From contig NC_020409.1 of assembly GCF_000341895.1 (NCBI RefSeq), positions 1,530,001 to 1,562,000 of the forward strand: DNA of 32,000 bases, read 5' to 3'. Source of the DNA: Pseudodesulfovibrio piezophilus C1TLV30 (GTDB lineage Bacteria; Desulfobacterota; Desulfovibrionia; Desulfovibrionales; Desulfovibrionaceae). Positions 26,325-32,000 of the stretch are shown here, piece after piece. Within the stretch, counting starts at the first letter, position 1, and every line of letters begins with the position of its first letter. Made by a program: the position numbers and the translations under genes. The notes beneath the pieces are model-generated. The model saw nothing but the letters and a program-made list of their open reading frames with translations, did no database searches and was not told the DNA's origin.

Positions 26325-28031
26325 ATGAATACATTTGAACCCACAGCAACAGCCCTTGAAACTCCTGAGAAAAAAGCCCCCTCCCAGATGAGGGGAGGGT
26401 TGGAGCTCAAGATTTTGTTGGTCATTGTTTTTGCCGTCACCACGATCCTCACTGGATTCGGTGTGTATGAATATATCACCAGCAAAACGGCCATGACCGC
26501 ACAGTTGGAGCGCAAAGGCGAAAACATAAGGAAACGCCTGGAGCAGCACCTGATCTCCGCCTTGTGGGACTATGACTCCGACAGCGCCATTACTTCATTG
26601 AAAAGTGAGATGAAGGAACACGAAGTCTACGGAATCCTCGTGCACGAAGAAGGTGGTAAAAACATCTTCGCGGCCATGACTCGTGACAAAGAATGGAAGC
26701 CTGTAGAAACAAAAACAGCCATCAAAGGAAAATTCGTCACAACCGAAGCGGACATTCTCCGCAGGGGGAAAGTGGTTGGACACGTCACCGTCCTGATCAC
26801 TGAAAAATTCATGGACGAAGCACTCATGCAATCCATTTACGGGATTGCTGTCAAGACCATTGCCATTGATCTCGCCATTGTGCTCGTCCTGGCCTTTTTC
26901 ATACGGCGTTTTGTGATGAAACCTCTTGGACGCATACAGGCATTTGCCGCTCGCGTCGGGGGAGGAGACCTGACCTGCACGTTGGTAACTGGTCACTATA
27001 CTGATGAACTCCTTGTGCTCAAGGATGCCATGGAAAGCATGGTCTGCTCCCTGAGCGACAAGATGGATGAAGTTCAGGAACGCCAGGCAGAAGCGGAAGA
27101 ACAGACTCGACTGGCCAAAGATGCCGCGCAACAGGCCGATGCCGCCAGACTTCAGGCTGAATCAGCCCGTCAGGAAGGCATGATGGAAGCGGCAAGGACG
27201 CTTGAGGGGATCGTTTCAAAAATCAACTCGACATCACACCATATCAGCGAAAAAATCATTGAGACCAGCGAAGGGGCAGAGCGTCAATCTGCCCGTTCTG
27301 CAGAGACCGCCACCGCCATGGAAGAAATGAATGCAACAGTCATGGAAGTGGCCAAGAATGCTGGCGAAACATCGATTCAAGCAGAAGAGGCCATGAACAA
27401 GGCCAAAGAAGGGGCTGACATCGTCCGGCAAGCCGTGGAAGCCATTGGCAAAGTGGACAGCAAAACTGATGAATTGATGGAGAACATGACCGTCCTCAAC
27501 AGTCAGGCTCAAAATACGGGACAGATTCTCGGAGTCATTTCAGATATAGCCGATCAGACCAACCTGCTTGCCTTGAACGCGGCCATTGAAGCAGCCCGAG
27601 CCGGAGAAGCCGGACGCGGCTTCGCCGTTGTTGCGGATGAGGTCCGCAAGCTGGCAGAAAAGACCATGGATGCGACCAAACAGGTTGAGGAATCCATTAA
27701 CGGTATTCGCTCGGGCGCGAAAAAGAGTGGAGAAACGACCAAGGAAGCTGACGAGGTTGTCAAGAAGGCAACTGAATTGGCAAGCATGTCGGGCACCGCA
27801 TTGGATAAAATTCTCGGATTGGTGGAAGGAACTTCCACCCGCATAGCATCCATTGCCACTGCCGCCGAAGAACAATCCGCTACCAGTGAACAAATTACGC
27901 GGAGCGTTGATGAAATCAACTCCATCACGGACGAGACAAGCCGCGACATGCACGTGGCCTCAGACGGTGTGGAGGATCTCAAAAATCTGGTTGCCGACCT
28001 GGAAGGTTTGATCGACCAACTGAAGAGGTAA
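26325..28031 (+). CDS. Methyl-accepting chemotaxis protein (2 TM, about 130-aa periplasmic domain, HAMP, MA signalling domain)
   Basis: TM1 is [21 protein letters not shown] and TM2 is [15 protein letters not shown]. The HAMP is followed by the conserved hairpin [40 protein letters not shown]. The start is uncertain; an alternative Met lies 21 codons in. Confidence 0.9.
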   Translation: MNTFEPTATALETPEKKAPSQMRGGLELKILLVIVFAVTTILTGFGVYEYITSKTAMTAQLERKGENIRKRLEQHLISALWDYDSDSAITSLKSEMKEHEVYGILVHEEGGKNIFAAMTRDKEWKPVETKTAIKGKFVTTEADILRRGKVVGHVTVLITEKFMDEALMQSIYGIAVKTIAIDLAIVLVLAFFIRRFVMKPLGRIQAFAARVGGGDLTCTLVTGHYTDELLVLKDAMESMVCSLSDKMDEVQERQAEAEEQTRLAKDAAQQADAARLQAESARQEGMMEAARTLEGIVSKINSTSHHISEKIIETSEGAERQSARSAETATAMEEMNATVMEVAKNAGETSIQAEEAMNKAKEGADIVRQAVEAIGKVDSKTDELMENMTVLNSQAQNTGQILGVISDIADQTNLLALNAAIEAARAGEAGRGFAVVADEVRKLAEKTMDATKQVEESINGIRSGAKKSGETTKEADEVVKKATELASMSGTALDKILGLVEGTSTRIASIATAAEEQSATSEQITRSVDEINSITDETSRDMHVASDGVEDLKNLVADLEGLIDQLKR

Positions 28032-28084
28032 GGCCGGATGTCCGGCATTTGTCATAATAACAGAGAGATAGGAGAGACAGACAC

Positions 28085-28840
28085 ATGAAGAAAGTTTTGA
28101 CACTCATTGGCGCTTTGGTCCTGACGCTTGGCATTGCCTGCACGGCTATGGCCTCCGGTGCTGATGATATAACATTCATGACTGAACAATATCCGCCGTT
28201 CAACTACGATGACGGCAGCAAGGTGACCGGTATATCCGTGGAAATTCTTTCCGCAATGCTCAAGGAAATGGGATCTTCCAAAACCACCAAGGACTTCTCT
28301 GTTCTGCCCTGGGCCCAGGGATACAAGCGCGTTCAGAGTCAGCCAGCCACCTGCCTGTTCTCCATGACGCTGACTGATGCCCGCAAACCCCTTTTCAAAT
28401 GGGTCGGCCCTTATATTGAAACCAATATCTCTGTCATTACCAAGAAAGGCTCCGGCGTGAAGATCGACTCCGCAGCCGACCTGGGTAAATATACCTATGG
28501 TGTCATCCGCGATGATATCGGTATGGAAATGCTCGCAGCCAACGGTGTGGGCGAAGGGAACATGGACATCACCGCCAAGATGGATTCCAACCTGAAGAAA
28601 CTCGACAAGGGCCGCATAGACGCCATTGCATACGAGCAGACTTCCACCATGTTCCAAATCAAACAGACTGGTATGAATACCGCAGACTTTGATGTCGCAT
28701 ACGTCTTGAAAAACGGAGGTCTCTACTACGCCTTCCACAAGGATACCCCGGATGCGTTGATCGCCGAGTTCCAGAAGGCTCTCGACACTGTCAAGGCCAA
28801 TGGAACCTACCAGAAAATCCTGGATAGCTACCTCAAGTAA
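28085..28840 (+). CDS. Periplasmic family-3 solute-binding protein (amino-acid-ABC-type SBP fold, no cognate permease or ATPase nearby)
   Basis: Signal peptide MKKVLTLIGALVLTLGIACTAMASG, then ITFMTEQYPPFNY...GISVEIL...FKWVGPY...DAIAYE. GGAGAG is upstream. Confidence 0.82.
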   Translation: MKKVLTLIGALVLTLGIACTAMASGADDITFMTEQYPPFNYDDGSKVTGISVEILSAMLKEMGSSKTTKDFSVLPWAQGYKRVQSQPATCLFSMTLTDARKPLFKWVGPYIETNISVITKKGSGVKIDSAADLGKYTYGVIRDDIGMEMLAANGVGEGNMDITAKMDSNLKKLDKGRIDAIAYEQTSTMFQIKQTGMNTADFDVAYVLKNGGLYYAFHKDTPDALIAEFQKALDTVKANGTYQKILDSYLK

Positions 28841-28864
28841 TCCGGTTTTCAATGGTCTAAACAG

Positions 28865-28897
28865 CCCCGGCAGGTCCACTCTGCCGGGGTTTTTCTT
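28865..28897 (+). terminator. Rho-independent terminator after the SBP gene
   Basis: CCCCGGCAG, loop GTCCACT, CTGCCGGGG, followed by TTTTTCTTT. Confidence 0.8.
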
Positions 28898-28993
28898 TGG
28901 TGTCCGACCAGCACTGTTTGCGGTTGTGCCATAGGGGGGTGAGTGCTACCGTGAGCTTCGTACCAAGGAGAAGCGCGTTTTCAGGAGGTTTTT

Positions 28994-30493
28994 TTGTCCG
29001 CCATATTCACTGTCAGTGAGCTGACCCGCTCAGTCAAGAACCTGTTGGAGGCGGAATTTCCGTTTGTCTGGGTACGCGGCGATGTGACAAACCTGTCCCG
29101 CCCTGCAAGCGGGCACCTCTATTTCACCTTGACCGATGGCGATGCGGCCGTGTCCGTGGTCTGGTTCAAATCTTCCCAAAAGTCTGCGACGCCCGTGACA
29201 CTGGGGAATGAGACTATCAATCCTCTGACCGGGGAAGTGGAAGAAGAAGCGCGTGCCACCAGTCTGACCGGAACCACCATTGACGACGGCATGGAAGTGC
29301 TTTGTGCCGGACGGCTGAATGTCTACGAACCAAGAGGTCAGTACCAGCTGGTCGCCGAACTGGTGCAGGACCAGGGTCGGGGCGATCTGGCTCTCGCCTT
29401 CGAAGCTCTCAAGAAAGCCCTTTCTGCCAAAGGATATTTCGACGACGAAAGGAAACTTGAACTTCCGAGTAACCCGGCTCGGGTTGCCGTCGTCACCTCG
29501 CCATCCGGGGCCGCCATCCGGGATTTCCTGCGCATTGCCAATACTCGTGGCACCGGCAGTGAAATCAGAATCTACCCCACACTGGTCCAAGGAGAGAATG
29601 CTCCATCACAAATAGCAGCGGCACTTGACCTGGTCGATGCCGAGGACTGGGCAGATGTCGTTGTCCTCATTCGTGGGGGCGGATCACTGGAAGACCTCTG
29701 GGCCTTTAATACGGAACCGGTGGCAGATGCCCTTTTTCGCATGCGCCTGCCCGTGATAACAGGAGTCGGGCACGAACCCGATGTTTCCATTGCTGATTTC
29801 GTGGCTGACAAACGTGCTGCCACCCCAAGTCATGTGGCGCAGGAACTCTGGCCGCGCAGGGAAACGCTTGCTCAGCGCCTGGATGACCTCGACATGAACC
29901 TGACACGACTGTATACTCAGTGGTTCCTGACCAAAACTACGAATTTCAGACATCTACGCAAGGCGTTGGGCTGGCTGTCTCCCGAGCGTAAACTGGAAAG
30001 GATGGAAGACCGATTCACCACTTTGCTGGCGCGCCTTGAGGATGCGGGGCACGACCTTATCCATGACAAGAACTCGGACACCAAAGACCTTGCATGGCGA
30101 TTAAACCGAATCTATGGCCCGGATCACCTTGAACGAAAAAAAATGGGGATTGTAGAGCAAAGCACCCGCCTGATGCGTGCCTTCGGCCCCTCTGTCATTC
30201 AAGAAAAACGTCGTGAAACAGCTCTGCTTGCCAAACAGATGCATCAGGCCATGACACATTTTTTGGACACAGCAGAACGACGATGTGAGATCTCGACCGC
30301 AACCCTTGGCGGACTTGATCCGGAGGCACCTCTGCAACGCGGCTATTCCCTGATCCGGGTAAAAAAGACAGGCGATTTTTTACGTGACCCGAAAGAGGTG
30401 ACGTCGGGCGACGCTCTTGATATCAGAGTGAAAGAAGGACACATTAGCGCAGTTGTCACCAACGAAAATACAGACTCTCAGGAGAACAGATGA
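28994..30493 (+). CDS. xseA: Exodeoxyribonuclease VII large subunit
   Basis: FTVSELTRSVKNLLEAEFPFVWVRGDVTNLSRPASGHLYFTLTD (OB fold), VAVVTSPSGAAIRDF, RGGGSLEDLWAFN, GVGHEPD. TTG start 5 nt after AGGAGG. Confidence 0.9.
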   Translation: MSAIFTVSELTRSVKNLLEAEFPFVWVRGDVTNLSRPASGHLYFTLTDGDAAVSVVWFKSSQKSATPVTLGNETINPLTGEVEEEARATSLTGTTIDDGMEVLCAGRLNVYEPRGQYQLVAELVQDQGRGDLALAFEALKKALSAKGYFDDERKLELPSNPARVAVVTSPSGAAIRDFLRIANTRGTGSEIRIYPTLVQGENAPSQIAAALDLVDAEDWADVVVLIRGGGSLEDLWAFNTEPVADALFRMRLPVITGVGHEPDVSIADFVADKRAATPSHVAQELWPRRETLAQRLDDLDMNLTRLYTQWFLTKTTNFRHLRKALGWLSPERKLERMEDRFTTLLARLEDAGHDLIHDKNSDTKDLAWRLNRIYGPDHLERKKMGIVEQSTRLMRAFGPSVIQEKRRETALLAKQMHQAMTHFLDTAERRCEISTATLGGLDPEAPLQRGYSLIRVKKTGDFLRDPKEVTSGDALDIRVKEGHISAVVTNENTDSQENR

Positions 30494-31482
30494 AACGGCT
30501 TATCTTGCTCATATTTCTCGTCACCGCACTGACATTACCTCTTGTACCAGCCACGGTTCCGGCTCAGGATTTCGGCCTGGAAGACGGAGATGACATCGGT
30601 TTCATCCTGCCCAAGGATGCCCAGGCCGCCCAGATGGAAACTCAGGAAAAGACTTCTGCCGACTCCGCCATCGTCCTTGCTGCCCCAAGTCGCATCGGTC
30701 TGGGTAAAGCCTTTATAGTTCGACTGACGTCTGACCAACCGCTGGATTCCGTCTCCATCAACTGGCAAGGGAAGCAAGTTGTCCCATCCATCTCCGTCTG
30801 GAACGATCACCATGTGGCGATGACCCTGCTCGGTACCGATGTTTTGACTGCCAAACCCGGACAGGAGGAACTCTCCGTCATAGCGTCCATCAACGGCAAG
30901 GAAAACACTTTTCGCCGCACTGTCCAGATTATTCCTGTGGATTATCCAAAGCAGATTCTGACACTGCCGGAAAAAATGGTGACACCACCCGAGTCAGTCT
31001 ATGAACGTATCAAGGCTGATAGGGTTGCCACCTCCAAGGCTAAGGAAACAGTCTCGCCACAACGCACATGGCAATTGCCACTTGAACGGCCGGTTCAGGG
31101 CAAGGTTACCAGCCTCTATGGAGTCCAGCGCATTCTCAACGGCAAACCCAAGAATCCGCACCGGGGGCTTGATTTCCGGTCTCCCATAGGGAATCCGGTC
31201 AAATCAGTGGCCGATGGCGTGGTTATTCTTGTTGGTGACCACTATTATGCCGGGAATTCAATCTACATTGATCATGGGAACGGGGTCGTTTCCATGTATT
31301 TTCACCTGTCCAAACCCATGGTCAAGGAAGGTGATCAGGTGAAACGAGGGCAAGCCATAGCGCTGTCCGGCATGTCGGGCCGTGCCACTGGTCCCCACCT
31401 GCACCTTTCCGTTTCCGTCCTCGGCCAATTGGTCGACCCGGCCCCATTGTTCACGAACAGCGTTGATACCCTTTTGCAGTAG
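30490..31482 (+). CDS. Exported M23-family metallopeptidase (LytM/lysostaphin-like)
   Basis: Signal peptide MKRLILLIFLVTALTLPLVPATVPA. The catalytic blocks are HRGLDFRSPIGNPV and SGMSGRATGPHLHLSV. The start overlaps the xseA stop (ATGA), and AGGAGA is upstream. Confidence 0.9.
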   Translation: MKRLILLIFLVTALTLPLVPATVPAQDFGLEDGDDIGFILPKDAQAAQMETQEKTSADSAIVLAAPSRIGLGKAFIVRLTSDQPLDSVSINWQGKQVVPSISVWNDHHVAMTLLGTDVLTAKPGQEELSVIASINGKENTFRRTVQIIPVDYPKQILTLPEKMVTPPESVYERIKADRVATSKAKETVSPQRTWQLPLERPVQGKVTSLYGVQRILNGKPKNPHRGLDFRSPIGNPVKSVADGVVILVGDHYYAGNSIYIDHGNGVVSMYFHLSKPMVKEGDQVKRGQAIALSGMSGRATGPHLHLSVSVLGQLVDPAPLFTNSVDTLLQ

Positions 31483-31751
31483 GAGACAAGCCATGAGCAT
31501 CATCAACGGAAGAAACAGTCCGACTGCGATGCGTTTTTCAAAATGGTCCGCTCCTACCAGATAAAGGCAAGCGCATCCATGAAAGAGGGGAATCTCAACA
31601 CCCCAGGCCCGCTCTCCAGCCTTTAATAAAGTGTCTGGTCTCCCAATGGCACTGAACACGATTTGACAGCGTTCAGTCCCCTGTATCGAAAATGAATTTA
31701 GTTACAATCCCTCTGTGAACAGAGAACAAATCTCCCGCAGGAGAATGATAT

Positions 31752-31991
31752 ATGGCACAAGAAACCTTTGAGAACAGATTAGACAAACTCAAATCGGTAG
31801 TGGAACGGCTGGAGCGCGGCGATCTCCCTCTAGAGGAAGGTGTGGCCCTGTATAAGGAAGGACTGAAATTGACCAAGGCCTGCGGCAAACAACTGGAAAA
31901 TGCCCGCCATGAAGTCAAATTGGTATCCGAAGGACTCGTCAAGGAATTCGAGGCGCTTGAAACCATGGAGACAGAAGCTGATGATGATTAA
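31752..31991 (+). CDS. xseB: Exodeoxyribonuclease VII small subunit
   Basis: FENRLDKLKSVVERLERGDLPLEEGVALYKEGLKLTKACGKQLENARHEV, with AGGAGAA upstream. An AAGGAG right after the stop suggests a further coupled gene beyond the window. Confidence 0.9.
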   Translation: MAQETFENRLDKLKSVVERLERGDLPLEEGVALYKEGLKLTKACGKQLENARHEVKLVSEGLVKEFEALETMETEADDD

Positions 31992-32000
31992 GGAGCAGTT

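Noticed and set aside
28052-28879. 275-aa minus-strand ORF
   Set aside because: It is antisense to the SBP gene, which has a clear signal peptide, an SD and a terminator.
1-32000. Scan for CRISPR arrays, IS elements or transposases, integrases, phage genes, tRNA/rRNA, and known defence or toxin-antitoxin signatures
   Set aside because: I saw no regularly spaced direct repeats, no terminal inverted repeats flanking genes, no recombinase-like ORFs, and no compositional break by eye. The window appears to be core chromosome.

Overview
Overall this reads as chromosomal core DNA from a signal-transduction-rich anaerobe. By gene content and protein style it looks Desulfovibrionaceae-like, but that is a guess from memory, not a search. 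About 24 credible CDSs fill roughly 90% of the window.

Genes, left to right:
- A partial GAF/PAS histidine kinase, open at the left window edge and missing from the ORF track, translationally coupled to a stand-alone FIST sensor protein.
- A 1217-aa DUF748/AsmA-like envelope protein.
- A c-di-GMP signalling block: a kinase with a periplasmic solute-binding-protein-like domain, a REC-HD-GYP regulator, and a convergent Cache-HAMP-PAS-GGDEF-EAL protein.
- moaA and a short MoaE-like gene.
- ispH.
- A TetR regulator and a secreted glutaminyl cyclotransferase.
- lgt.
- Two uncharacterised genes: one soluble and helical, one exported.
- A stand-alone 3'-5' exonuclease, arfB and ychJ.
- ispG-proS.
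- A chemoreceptor and a family-3 solute-binding protein.
- xseA, an M23 peptidase and xseB.

What I did not find: rRNA, tRNA, CRISPR arrays, transposases, integrases, phage genes, or recognisable defence or toxin-antitoxin modules. Composition looks uniform by eye, so I cannot point to an obvious accessory island.

Best candidates for something undescribed, all modest and needing searches I cannot run:
1. The 19.57-21.0 kb pair, whose first product resembles the cytoplasmic domain of the MotA stator but has no membrane segments.
2. An ORF-free, hairpin-rich spacer of about 430 bp between ispH and the MoaE-like gene.
3. The FIST-kinase and SBP-kinase/HD-GYP/GGDEF-EAL signalling modules.
4. The M23 peptidase and a strongly SD-preceded 23-codon sORF lying between xseA and xseB.
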